DNA from: Lama guanicoe
Lineage: Eukaryota
Assembly (NCBI GenBank): GCA_013239625.1
Contig: MU054662.1
Location: 13,009,798 to 13,073,797, forward strand
Direction of reading: 5' to 3'
DNA length: 64,000 nt
Part shown: in pieces, positions 1 through 11,520 of the stretch
How positions within the stretch are numbered: the stretch's first letter is position 1
Layout of the letters: each line of letters starts with the position of its first letter
Position numbers and translations under genes: made by a program
Notes under the pieces: model-generated
The model's database searches: none
What the model saw: the letters and a program-made list of their open reading frames with translations, nothing else
What the model was told of the DNA's origin: nothing

Positions 1-1126
1 GGGAGATGTTGCCGACGATTAGCCAGGGCATTCGGGAGGCAGAGAGACGCTGACAGTCATGTTAAGTCAAACATGGCTTTTAAAGAAGCTACTAAACAGT
101 GATGGATTAATATCAAAGGCAGAGATTAGCCAAGAAGTGGAGCGGACAGCTTCAAAGGAACAAGAAGAACGGGGGAAGCGTGCTTAGATCTTTGAAAGAA
201 AAGGATAAATGACAGAAATGTTATGTAACTGAATGGCTTCCCTGAAACAAGTCGTCCTCATCTGCCCTTGGTGCCAGAAGGGCAGGCTTACAGGTTTCCA
301 AGCCCAGAGGAGAAAACAAAACAGAACAAACCCTCTCATGACTTCCTATCATTTGTGTCCTCAGCCGCTGGACACAAACGCGAGGATCTGTTACTAATCT
401 GGCCCATTATAGTCACCATAGTGTTCAGCTCACCATCTCCTCCCCACTTATCCTTGGAGGATGAGAAATTAAATCCGGTGAAGCTCTGCTGTCAGGGTCC
501 CTTTCCACAGCCGCCAGCCCCTGGCAAACAAGAGCCCCTCCCTGGGAAGAATTTTAGAAAAAGACGAAGGACAAGGAGCATCAAGAGAGGAAGGAGGAGC
601 AGGGAGGCCAGGGAAGACGTGATGAATCTGGTTCATCGCTGTGCGGATGTGGCCCCCCATCCGACACTGCAAATTAAGGCTACTTGTTTCACCTGAGGAT
701 CTCGGAGTAAGTTACCAAAAAGTAGGGGAAGCTGTTCTTCTAAGGACACCAGTTATTTCTTACTGTCAACCCCCAAGACATCTTTCCAGTATTCCTTGTC
801 CTGAAATTGATGGCACTGCTACTGCTCTTTCTTGATATTTTCCCCCTAGTTTTTCATGAAACAACTCTTTCCTGACATTCTCCCAGCTCTGACCCACTCC
901 ATCTCAGTCCTCTTTGTTGAATACTGTACACCCTTCTCATAAATCGGAGATGCTGGCATCCCTCTGGGTTTGGTGCTGCTCAGCCATAGCGTCGGCTGGA
1001 GAGCCTCATGTGGGCAGTCGTCAGGGTGTGCTCTGCTTCAAATTCCCAACTGACCGCACGTTTCCTAGTGAACGTCCTGCCGACAACTGGAACTCAACAC
1101 AGTCCAAGCTGTTCTTACTCTCTTGT

Positions 1127-1620
1127 GTACTGAACTGAATTTTTGGCCTCAGTCAACAGAGGTTGATTCAGGTTGACTTAACAAAAAAGGAATCGATTGC
1201 AACTATATTGGAGAACTCATGAAATTGACAGAGGGTCGATTCAGAAATGGGAAAGAAGCTGATACGCAGAAAACAATCGTAATGCAAGAGTCTCGCCAAG
1301 GCACTGCAGCCCCCACAGCTAACGTGGGGACATTCTTGGCACTGTTACGGTCCTTCTGACGCCTCCGAGCCCTGGACATCACAACAAGAATGAATTCCAA
1401 ACTGTCCTCGCCTCTTTCCATCGCTTGTTATAGAGGCAACGTCCCTGGCGAGACCACCAGCAGACAGAATAGGTGATGAAATGCCCGTTTTCCAGCCCCT
1501 GACGCGTAAGAGCACAGAAATCTGCCCTTTCCAGGTCTCGGAGGGACTCACTACCTCGGGTTTCTGAAACACAGGACGAGGGCTCAGAGTCCGAGCAACA
1601 GCTTGAAAGAATGGCAAATG
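1127..1620 (-). mobile_element. Old MaLR LTR fragment (MLT1N/M-like)
   Basis: 'tcaacagaggttgattcaggttgacttaacaaaaaaggaatcgattg...atattggagaactcatgaaattgacagag' resembles the recalled MLT1 terminal segment; boundaries approximate. Confidence 0.4.
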
Positions 1621-2087
1621 CCCACTGCATATTCCATGAGGTCAGTCTACCCGGCTACCCAACTGGTATTTCTCATCTCAGCAAATGGCACCGACGTACA
1701 CTCGGTCAGCCAAGCTCAGGGTCATCACAAGCGTTTCTTCTCCTTTCTGGTGCACGTCTGTTTTGTTGCTGGTGTTCATTTGAGTCTCTAAGTCTTGCAA
1801 TTCCATCTACTAAACGTTCCTTAACTCTCTTCCATTCTTTTCCCCCTCTTAGATCAGCCTATGCCATTTCTAGAGGACTTTTCGTGTTTTGAAGCAATGA
1901 GGGGGTGAGGGGTGTAAGGGGGTAGAGTCCACGTACACAGACCACACTTCCGCTGCTGGCTAGCTGGGTGGCCTTAAGCATCTTCCCTCACCTTGCTCTG
2001 TGCTGTGTGTAGATTAAGGTCAATAATGACACCTGTCCTGTTGGGTTGCTGCAGGCATTGGTTGAGGCAGTATGGTTAAAGCATTTT

Positions 2088-2197
2088 TATTACTTTACTT
2101 TTATTTTCATTTTTTAATGGAGGTACTGGGGACTGAACCCAGGACCTCGTGTGTCCTAAGCATGCGCTCCACCACTGAGCTATGTGCCCTGCCCCCT
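2088..2197 (-). mobile_element. tRNA-Ala-derived SINE (camelid Vic-1-like), inserted into a MIR
   Basis: The reverse complement reads GGGCACATAGCTCAGTGGTGGAGCGCATGCTTAGGACACACGAGGTCCTGGGTTCAGTCCCCAGTACCTCCATTAAAAAA plus an A-rich tail, with A/B-box-like motifs. A perfect 13-bp TSD GTTAAAGCATTTT lies at 2075-2087 and 2198-2210. Confidence 0.85.
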
Positions 2198-2382
2198 GTT
2201 AAAGCATTTTGAATGCTCATGAACAGCAGATAATCCAAGAGGTGAGGGAAGGCTGGCAGTGAGTGGCAGTGCTGGGAGGTGGTGAAGGCGGCAGTGGTAG
2301 CGGTGGCAGGAACAGTGCTCAGCACCTCCCAGCGGCCCCCTCTCGGGTGCCAGCTCTTGTCATTCAAGGCAGTCCCTGTTAA

Positions 2383-2766
2383 GTGCTAAGCGAAGTAAGT
2401 CAGACAGAGAAATCTCACAGGAGGTCACTTATATGTGGAATCTAAAAAAATGATACAAATGAACTTACTTATAAAACAGAAATGGACTCACAGACACAGA
2501 AGACAAACTCATCGTTACAAAAAGAGAAAGGGGGAGGGAGGGATAAACTAGACATTAGGATTAACAGATACACACTACTGTATATAAGACAGATAGACAA
2601 CAAGGACTTGGTGTGCAGCTCAGGGAACTATATTCAATGTCTTGTAATAAACTATAATGGAAATAATCTTGAAAAAGAATTTATATGTAACTGAATCACT
2701 TTGCTGTACACCTGAAACTAACACATTATAAAACAGCTATTCTCCAATTTCAATTTAAAACAAAAA
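2383..2766 (+). mobile_element. 5'-truncated LINE-1 (3' UTR, laurasiatherian/artiodactyl type)
   Basis: Typical L1 3' motifs: 'ctaagcgaagtaagtcagacagagaaa', 'tcacttatatgtggaatctaaaaaa', 'cagggaactatattcaat', 'actgaatcactttgctgtacacctgaaactaacaca', followed by an A-rich end. Confidence 0.9.
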
Positions 2767-2839
2767 CTAGCTGAACACAAGCTCAGAAACAGAGACTTCA
2801 GTGACAACACACTACAATGAATACAGTCTTGCAATAACA

Positions 2840-3368
2840 TTCTACGCAGTCCGTGCGGCTGCCAGCATTATCTTCCCAAACTAAACGTGGGATTGCGTTA
2901 CTCTCCCGCGTAGAATCTTCTGGTGGCTCCCATTTCCTGTGAAATAAAATCCGAACTCTTTAGGAAGGTATGTGAGCTCCTGCCAAAAGGGACCCGGAAT
3001 TATCTTTCTACCACTGTCTTCTGCCACTTGTCACCGCTCGTGTCACAACAGAGGGATGTTGACCAACTCCTTCCTCGGCATTTCAGAGATTTGACTCCTA
3101 GTTTTCACACATGCTGTCTCTGCTTCCTACAACACTCTCCTCTGCAGCCTTGCGAGACCAAACACATGGAGCTTTCTTTGTTCTTTCCGCCCCCACCCCG
3201 GCCCCTCCCTGTGTTTCCATCACGCGTGGCACACGCGCGTCGCATGGTGGCAGGTTTTGCTCCGTGTACTGTCCACTTCTCCACCTGCCGATGTGCCCTG
3301 GCACGGAATGCCCCTGTCTACTCCTTTCTGTCTCTGTCACGTGAGCCTGGCACATAGCGGGTGCTCAG
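2840..3368 (+). mobile_element. LINE-2 3' fragment
   Basis: 'tggctcccatttcctgtgaaataaaatccgaactc' and terminal 'gcctggcacatagcgggtgctca' are L2-like motifs. Confidence 0.55.
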
Positions 3369-6149
3369 GGAGTGGCTAGCCAACGACTGCGCTGATGAGC
3401 ACATCTGTAGCACTGGAAGGCACTGCACGCTTGAGCGTCACGTTCTCTCTCGTTGCTCCACACGCACTCCTTCCCGCACATGTGTATGAACACAGGTGTG
3501 TACACGCAGGTGCCTGTGCATCCATGTACATGTGGACAGGCCAACCTACCAACACCCGTGCATGCATGCATATTTTTGCAGGAGATACCAAGCCTTTTGC
3601 TGTTCTCTTTAATGCTCATTTCTCACTTCACCTTCTCAAAAGAGGACGTCTCCTTCCTTTGGAGCATCACTGAACTAAGCCCTGTGCTTGTAATGCACAA
3701 TAAAGACTTTGTCCTGTGTGATCTAATGAAAACTGGTACCCAAATTGGCGCCAGCAGCCTCCCAGTGACCCCCATTGCTTAGGACTCTGTTAAACCACAG
3801 GTAGGTATCTTCCTCCCCAACAGTGACTCAAACGGGCCATCATAATCCACTCCAAAACCAATAACCAGGCCTTGCTCATTTTTCTGCACATAGTTTTAAA
3901 AAAACCCAGTTACTAAAAGAAGAGTATCTGGTTAGTGTCTGCGGCCCCAGACACCAAGGCAGGCACCTGCTGTCTGGCCGGAAGGTCGGAGGTTATCTTG
4001 CAAGAGCACAGCTTCTCTGAAAGCTGGGAGAGAGCCTGGGGAGGGCTGGGAGGGGCCGCAGGGCTGGGGGCGTCCGTTACTTCCACTTTATTTTGGGTCT
4101 TGGATTTTGTAATGTTGACCCTGCTCTGCGCTCAGGCAAGTACCAGGTCATGACACTTGAAAGCAGACAGTGGCCCTGGGCTTGGCTTCTGATCACAAGT
4201 AGTGGCCACACTTGCCTGCTAATCTTTTTCACACCCCAGAAACAGCAATTAGACGAAGAACCAAGTCGAGCCTCCATGGCTGTGCCTTACGTGATTAGCA
4301 GGACGACTGGGTTCCATCCGTTGTGGGTTTTGGGGAAGCCCACTGGCCTTCAGATGTACCACAGACAGAACGAAAGGGTCACCAGCAGGAGCCTTGGGGA
4401 CCACACTTGACCACTGGGCCATTCCTCTGCTCACGGGGACCTCCTGGGAGGGGCCTGAGTTCACTGGACTCTGTCTCATCACGTCCTGCCATGAGGCACA
4501 CACGTGATAGTGAGGGTGGGCGGGATGGAGCAGATTGGAAAACAGACAAACCAAAGTTACAGGAATCAGACCCACTGATACGTTAGTTGGACTGTTTCTA
4601 ACAGCCAGGGTTTCTCTGTGGAGACCCTGTCAGGTCTCAGTTCACTCAGGCAGCCTCCTTTCTCATTTTGGCTTTGGTATCACATGTGATGGCGGCAGAG
4701 AGAGATACAGCTCGCTGTCTGCATGGCCACAGCAGGGACAGGTGGTGCGGTGGGACATGCCCCGCCACCCCAGCCTGCACGGTCTGGCCTCAGGTCCTGG
4801 CATCCCCACTGCTCCTTTATGGACATGAAAACGTCTTCACATAAGTTGCCTAATGTGCTTCTAACAAAAGCTCCGTAGGGCAAGGCAGCTGTAATCACTT
4901 CTATTTTCTAAACAAAGCCAGAGACGTCACCCTTTGGCCCCAAAGTGCCCTGGGCCTGGGAGTCCAGCCGTCCTGCCCCGCTCCCTCTGCTGCCCTGGGC
5001 CGGGCTGTGCCCTCACGCAGGAGGGTCTGAGAGCTGGAGTGACCAGCGTGGAGAGCGTTGCAGTCATCCTCTCAGAGAGGAGCGTGATGGTGGCAGGCCT
5101 GTGGACATGGTCACTCGGCCCCACATCTAGGGGACCGCCATGTGTCCCCGGATGCCAGTGTCCACATCCGTCCCGCGCACTGTCTCCACTGTGCGCGAGA
5201 TGGGAGCAGAGCCGGCCGGGCCTCTGGCCTCTCCGACCTCACCCAGCAGCCCCACGGGGAAGCGTGCTGCTCCGAGGCCCGTCCCGGGGTCTGGCTTCTC
5301 TTTTCTGGGTCCTCCCCGGGAAGGAAGTTGCTCAGATGGTGGGGTCTTTATTCATAGGCACGAGTGCCCTGAAAAAAAAAAAACTAGGTGAAAAGTCTGC
5401 AAGTCTGCTCGGCAGCGCCCTGTCTGCTCCTCCGCTGCCCCAAACCCCCATTTCTCCTGGCTGTTCTGTTTTAGTTGGTGCCAATCTCATCCCCCCTCCT
5501 GCATGTCCCTTTAGGGTGAGACGCCTACTCAGTAAGCTTGGGGAAGGCAGTGTATTTTAGGCAGCCTGATGAAAGACTCTAATAGCCCCAGATTAATGCA
5601 TTCATTCCTGGCCAACTGAAGGATTCATTACAGAGCCGGGGCTGAGACTCCTCTGACGAAGCCGCCCTGGGTAATGAGCCATTCAGCAGCCGCATCCCTG
5701 CGTTGCCGGGGACCCGCAAAAGGGGGCCGCGAGGGGGAGCTGGGGGTGAGGGGACAAGGAGAGGGGGTGCCTGGGCTCCTCTGGCACCAGAGGGAAGTTG
5801 TGAGAGCAAGAAGGTGCCTGTGCCCTGAGATCTGCGGCCTCTGGGAACGGAGAAGCACATGGCAGGGCTGTGCGGAGCCCTGTGGCGCTGCCCACAGCAC
5901 CGCCTGGCCTCTGAAGGCGGAGACGCGAGGGTCGGGGCAGACAGAGATGTCTCTGCTTTGAAAGCAAGCCCCAGCTGGGCAGCGGGAGCAGGGTGGTACG
6001 TGGGAGATGCTCCAGACAGCTGCCGTCTCTGCCTCTGACGAACACCTCGGCCCAGAACTCCCCGAGGACGGAGAAGGAGCCACAGGCCAGAGAAAGTGAG
6101 GAGACAGCCTAGGGACAAGCTGGCCCAGTGCCTCCGCGGGGTGTCCTGG

Positions 6150-6358
6150 GTGTGTGCTGGTGATCTCACCCTCCAGGGGACCTCGGCAGTGGCTGGAGAC
6201 GTGTGGCGGTCCCGGCTTCCAGGTGGAGGGGCTGAGATGCTCCTGGTGTCCAGTGGGTCAGGACCAGGGATGCGAAACGCCCTCCAGTGGGCAGGACAGC
6301 CCTGCCCCCAGAAGCGTGCAGCCCCAGAGGTCAGCAGTGCCAAGGCTGGGAAACGGGC
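6150..6358 (+). mobile_element. MER20 (hAT-Charlie MITE), GC-shifted
   Basis: 'ccaggggacctcggcagtggctggagac...tccagtgggtcaggaccagggatgcg...caggacagccc...gtcagcagtgccaaggctgggaaac' follows the recalled MER20 layout. Confidence 0.7.
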
Positions 6359-8119
6359 CCAAACCGTTCCTGTCACAGATGAGGAAGGGGAAGTGGGGCA
6401 CGAGGTGACTCGCTCAGGGGTCCACAGACGGGGGTGCCAGGGCTGTGCTCACGGGGCTGTTAGCTTCGGGACGTCCGCTGTCAGACTCCATGCTGCTGGG
6501 TGTTCTCACTCCATTTCCTCTCCCCCTGAAGGCAGAGCCCCCTCCAGCCCACGTCCCCAGCGTGCCAAACTCCGTCGCCTGCCTTTATGCACACACGCGA
6601 GTCCCTACCCACTGCGGTCTAAGCAGATCTCTTCTGGGGCTTGGCTACATGGGGGGCGCTGCTGCTCAGAACAGGGCCTGCCAGGGGAGCTCGCGCCAGG
6701 CGCTGCGAGCTGCTGATGTGCAGCGCGGTTGCAGACAGTTCCCCAGGAGGCTGGGAAGGAGACCCCTTCACGTGCATGTAACTGTATCTCACGATTATTA
6801 AATATTGATTCATCTCAGCGGGGGCCGGTGCCTGACTCCGAGAGGAGGCAAATGCATGGATAGTGCCCACCTGCCCTAGACCCCGGGCACTACGCCCTTG
6901 GCTGTCTCTGCAGACCCTCCTTCCCGGACTGACGGTGTAGGCGGGAACCATTTCGACTACAAAAATAAGCATATGTGAGTTTATATCTGGAGTTCAGGAC
7001 ACGTGAATTATGAGCACTAGAGCTTAAAAAAAAGGAAACGGAGTCTGTGTGTGGGGAGGGGCAGTTACAGGGACTTAGGGGCGCGTCCGTGTCTGCAGCC
7101 GCCGTAACCATCTCCCAGGGCCAGTGTTTGATGGGGGCTTTGAGGGAGCGGGGTGTGACAGCGGGAAGAGGGGCCAGACATAAGAACAAACATGTATGTC
7201 CATAGTGTGCGCTTAGTGGAGCTGAGATCCATTCTCTGGGCATCTTGTTAAGCCTCTAGATAGACCACAAAAAATACAGCCGGACGGAAAAGAAACAGCC
7301 CCAAAGTAATTTAAAGGCCAACTTTTTAACCAGTACTTCAGCTTGGAGACACCGGCCCTGTGTTCCTTGAAGATGCCCAGCTCAGGGCACAAGCGTTAAC
7401 GTTACTAATGTGTCTTCAACAGCCAGACCTGTGTGTAATTTATTGCCCCGTGACAGGTGTTTTGTTTAGCTTTTCTGTGTTACTCACCATGTTCTTCTCG
7501 GTAGAAAAAGAGCAGCCTTTGGGCCACACTGTTCTATGATGTCTGGGTGCCTCAGAAGACGCAGAGCCGGACCTCCCCCTCGGGGATCGTGGGGCCCAGA
7601 CCTACCCCCTCAGGGGACGCAGAACCTGGAGTTCTCAGAAGCCCGTTGACACTTCCTCTGGCTTCACAACAAGTAGCAAATTCTCAAACAGGAGACACAG
7701 CCGCCCTGCCCTCTGATTCACAGTGGTCAGCTGTGTGGATGTGGGCACGCCCAGGACGTGTGTGTGGCTTCGGGGGTGCGGGAGTCAGTAACAGCTTACT
7801 CATTCCGGTGTCCGTAGTTAGTCTGTGGAAACTTTCACCAGAAATATGTCTTTGGCTACGAGGGAGCCATAGGAAAGATAACTTGTACGGTTCAATTCAG
7901 CCAGACAAGTGAACGGTCATTTCCTGCGTCCCTCCACCTGCAGGGAACAATGCTCCACGTGGGGCACATAAAGGTGGAGCCTAGAGAAGAAATAAAAGTG
8001 TGGTAGGTCGTTCCTCGAGCGAGATCCAAACACCGACAGGTGCCAAGGCAGCGTGTGAGAGTGTTTTGAACAAAGGCCTGAGAGGACAGAGGACGGAGAC
8101 GTTGATTCTGGCCGGGAGA

Positions 8120-8900
8120 GTTCATGTGCTCTGCATGCGCGCCCTGAGTCCCTCCTGTGTGCTGGGCGCCGTTTAGTGGGACAGCGAGAGAGGAAGCAAG
8201 GCGCTTAGGGTCTCGTGAGAAGAGATGGACGACAGACATTAACAAATCCGTGAGATTTCAGAGCGTGAGCACCTGCCCTGAAATGACTGCAGCAGGTGCT
8301 GGGACGGCAGGGACGCGGAGACACCGTGGTCGGGACGGGTGCAGAGGGGGCGACAGATGAAATGAGAGCTGAGTGACAGACAAATAACCGCATGATGATC
8401 TGGGACAGAGCATCTCAGGGAGGGAACAGAAACAGCAAAGGCCTGAAGGAAGGACCAGCGCAGCACCATCCGGGGCAGACAGCAGGTCCCGGGCCTGGAG
8501 TCCAGGGAATTATGGGCAAAGGAGACACGAGAAAGCCAGGCGTCCTCAGAGGCCAGCGTTGCCGAGTCTTAGAGACACGGTGTGCACTCTGAGTGTCACT
8601 CTCAGGGCGATCAGGTGCCGTTAGAGGTGTTTAAGCCGAGGATGGTATGATCTGATTTATGCTGATGGGGTTTTCATTCGTCTGCCTGTGATACGGAATG
8701 TTGACTGTCCATGTACACAGTAGAAACAGGAAGACCAGAGAATAGATGGACATGGGGAGTAAGAGGGACGAGAAGGTCCCGAGGCAGCGTGAGGGTCATT
8801 TTTGGGATGAAGCCACCTGGAATTAATGCCTGGATGTAGAAACTGAGGGACGCGGGGGAACTGGGGACAATCCCTACGTCTTTGTCCCGGGCAGTTAGGT
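8120..8900 (-). mobile_element. Degenerate LINE-2 fragment(s)
   Basis: L2-like motifs 'tgagtccctcctgtgtgctgggc', 'gggaacagaaacagcaaaggcctgaagg' and 'tttaagccgaggatggtatgatctgatttatg'. Confidence 0.55.
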
Positions 8901-9179
8901 AGACAGCGGTGTCCTTAACGAGGCTGGGGCAACTAGGATAGAGAGGTGAGGAATCCAGAACTCTGGCTGGGACGTAGCAAGTGAATTTGTCCACCAAGCA
9001 ATTAAATAACCGTTATCTGACAACAGGCCACGTTGCTATGCTTTATTGCGCACGCGGTGTGGACCCGGCATTGTTCGAAGTCCTATGTGTGTGAACTCAC
9101 TGCATCCCAGGACAACCCTAGGGGAAGGGTAACTGTTAGATCTTTTTTTTTTTTTTTTTTTTTCGGGGGGGGGAGGGAG

Positions 9180-9218
9180 NNNNNNNNNNNNNNNNNNNNN
9201 NNNNNNNNNNNNNNNNNN
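9180..9218. other. Assembly gap (39 N) between two poly-T runs
   Basis: Run of N in the sequence. Confidence 0.99.
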
Positions 9219-10699
9219 TTTTTTTTTTTTTTTTTTTACGGCTGGGGAAGTGAGGCCCCCCGACGTGCTCGGAATAATGTGTTCCTCGGGGGTGCACGTC
9301 TCTCGCGGCTCTTTTGGGGGAGACTGTGCAGGTGTGTCTCCCACAGTGAGTGGCCGGGGCCCTCCATCCTCCGCACCAGGAGAGGGCACCCCCTCCCTGA
9401 GTCGTGCGGGGGGCAGATGGCCTGCTGTCCAGATTCACTGACGTCCTGGGGGGCTCCCTTCCGCCTGCTGTGAGCGGATGAGGGAGAAAGGGAGTCGCTG
9501 TCAGGTTCCCAACGTGCCCTTTTCCATGTAAAGTTCACTCGTGGCATTTTTTTAAACTTCGGCTGCTAACGCGGTTTGTTCTCAGGCGTGCCGGGGCCCC
9601 AGCTTCCCGCGTAGCCTTTAATTAGCTCCTAGATGTTGTCATCTCCGCCGAGAAGGGACTGGCTACGAGCCCCCCGGTCTCCGGGGGAGGCAGGAGAATC
9701 TAATGAAGACATTCGGTGTTTCTCAGGGACGCGTTTGACACGCTTTGTAGTAACAAGAATTCGTGTCGAAACTTTCCTCCTTTTCATTTCGCGGGAGGAT
9801 TCCACTCTTGCTGAGAACTTGTCGCTTGAAACAGACCAGCCTGCGTCTCTGCCCCTCGCCCAGAAGGGAATAGGCTTCGCCTTGATCTGTTCGCAGGCCA
9901 TGACCTTCATGAGGGGTTTAGTGGCAATGAGGCCTCGAAACAGAAAATCAGCTTGAAACCAACTGACGAGTTACCTTGGGCAGCAGTGGGGCCACTTCCC
10001 GGGCCTCTGGATTCAAGGCCGGGTAATGAGATGTCCCTTCCACCTGCCTTAATTATTCCCAAAGATGGTGGTCACCGGAGTGTCGTTATAACTCGAGTTC
10101 TCGTCTCAGAGTCAGCCACGTGGAACTTGGCTGGAGAGAGGCAGAAGCTCCCCTCAGGGGAGTCTGCCTTCCTCTGAACTCAGCCTTGCAGGTACTTGAG
10201 GAAGGAGAAAAGTCCGTGGAAGGATTAGTGCCGCACGTGGTCCCGGCAGGGCGGGGAGGACTCCGCCGCCACCTTCCCACCGCAGTCAGCATGACTCCCC
10301 GCCGCATGTGGTTTTATGGCTTGTTCCTGAGTGTGTAGCCACCAGTGCTTTTAGGCAGTTAGGAATCAAAGTGCTGGTGACGCCATCAAGGCAGCCGTGG
10401 ATGTAATGATCTCGGCACCGTTGGCAGCCAGCAGAAGGACAGCCTGGGCTGCTCCTGCAGAGCTGGGCGCAGGAGCCCTGGGAGGCGGGGACTCCATCCC
10501 TGCCCTGCCCCTTGGCCACCATCTGCTCTGGGTGGGGCAGCCTGAGGGATGGGAGTGACCGGCACCTGCTCACCTGGGCAGCTCTCAAAGGCAGGGGGGC
10601 AGTCTGAGCAGGGGGACCATCACCAGGAGGTCAGGGGACTATGCACCACACACAGACACGTGTCTGCTGTTCACACTCAGGATGGAGAAGCGGAAGCTC

Positions 10700-11520
10700 C
10701 CCTCGGGGAGGGCGACGGCCCTGCCTGCGGCGGGGAGGCCATCCTCTCTCCACCAAGCGGGTTTCCGAGCAGAAGCGCGAACACCCTCCCGACATGGGGG
10801 AAAACGACCCCGTGGAAAGCGCAGAGGCGCTGAGGACTCGGGGACCCGCGAGCTCAGGCCGGGCCGCCTCGGCGCCCGGCAGGTGTCCTGAGCCCCCCGG
10901 GGATGCCCCCTTCCTTTGCAGGGCCCTCGGGGCTCGTGCCGGAGGGCCCCTGGTGGGCGGGCCGGGGCTGCGGTCCGCGTGGCGCTCGCTCTGGCGCCGC
11001 CCTTCCGGCCCGCGCCCTCCGGCTTCACGGCCTGAGCTGCCTGCCAGCTGCAAGGCGAGGCCACTGCGCCACTGCCAGGCGGCGGGGCCGAGGTGGCGGG
11101 GGCACGGCCCGCCAAGGAGGCGACGCGGCGAGGCCCCGGCTGCCGGGAGCGGCGGGAACAGCCAGCTCCCGGGGAGGGGACGCAGACACGGAGGGGCCGG
11201 GGCTCCCCGCCAGCCCCGCTCCGGGTGGTGTGTGGGGACCGCGCTGTCAGGGGCCCCGGGGGTGCTGGGAGAAGGCCTGGCCCGCCCCTCGGGACTGGCT
11301 GTCCCTGCCGCTGGCCGGCGCCTCGCCTCCGTGCCGGCAGCTGCAGCGCGCAGGGCCGTCCGCCGCCGCGGTTCCCCTGATGCCCCGAAGCCCGCAGGCT
11401 GAGCTCGGGGCTGAGACCCGCCGCTTCCCAGCCCGGTGGCTTTGAGCGCGCGGTTACCTGGTTACCGCCGCGGGGCGCTGCGCCAGACAGGAGAACGCGT
11501 GGGCGAGACCCAGTGCGGAC
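10700..11520. promoter_or_regulatory. Intronic CpG island
   Basis: About 80% GC in the two 60-nt lines counted (11041-11160), with dense CpG over ~800 bp and an abrupt return to AT-rich sequence after ~11560. Confidence 0.8.

Noticed and set aside
2118-2189. Functional tRNA-Ala gene
   Set aside because: Altered anticodon-arm region, A-rich tail and TSD identify it as a SINE.
10641-11445. Overlapping long ORFs in the CpG island
   Set aside because: Open in several frames on both strands because stop codons are rare at ~80% GC; no protein similarity recognised.
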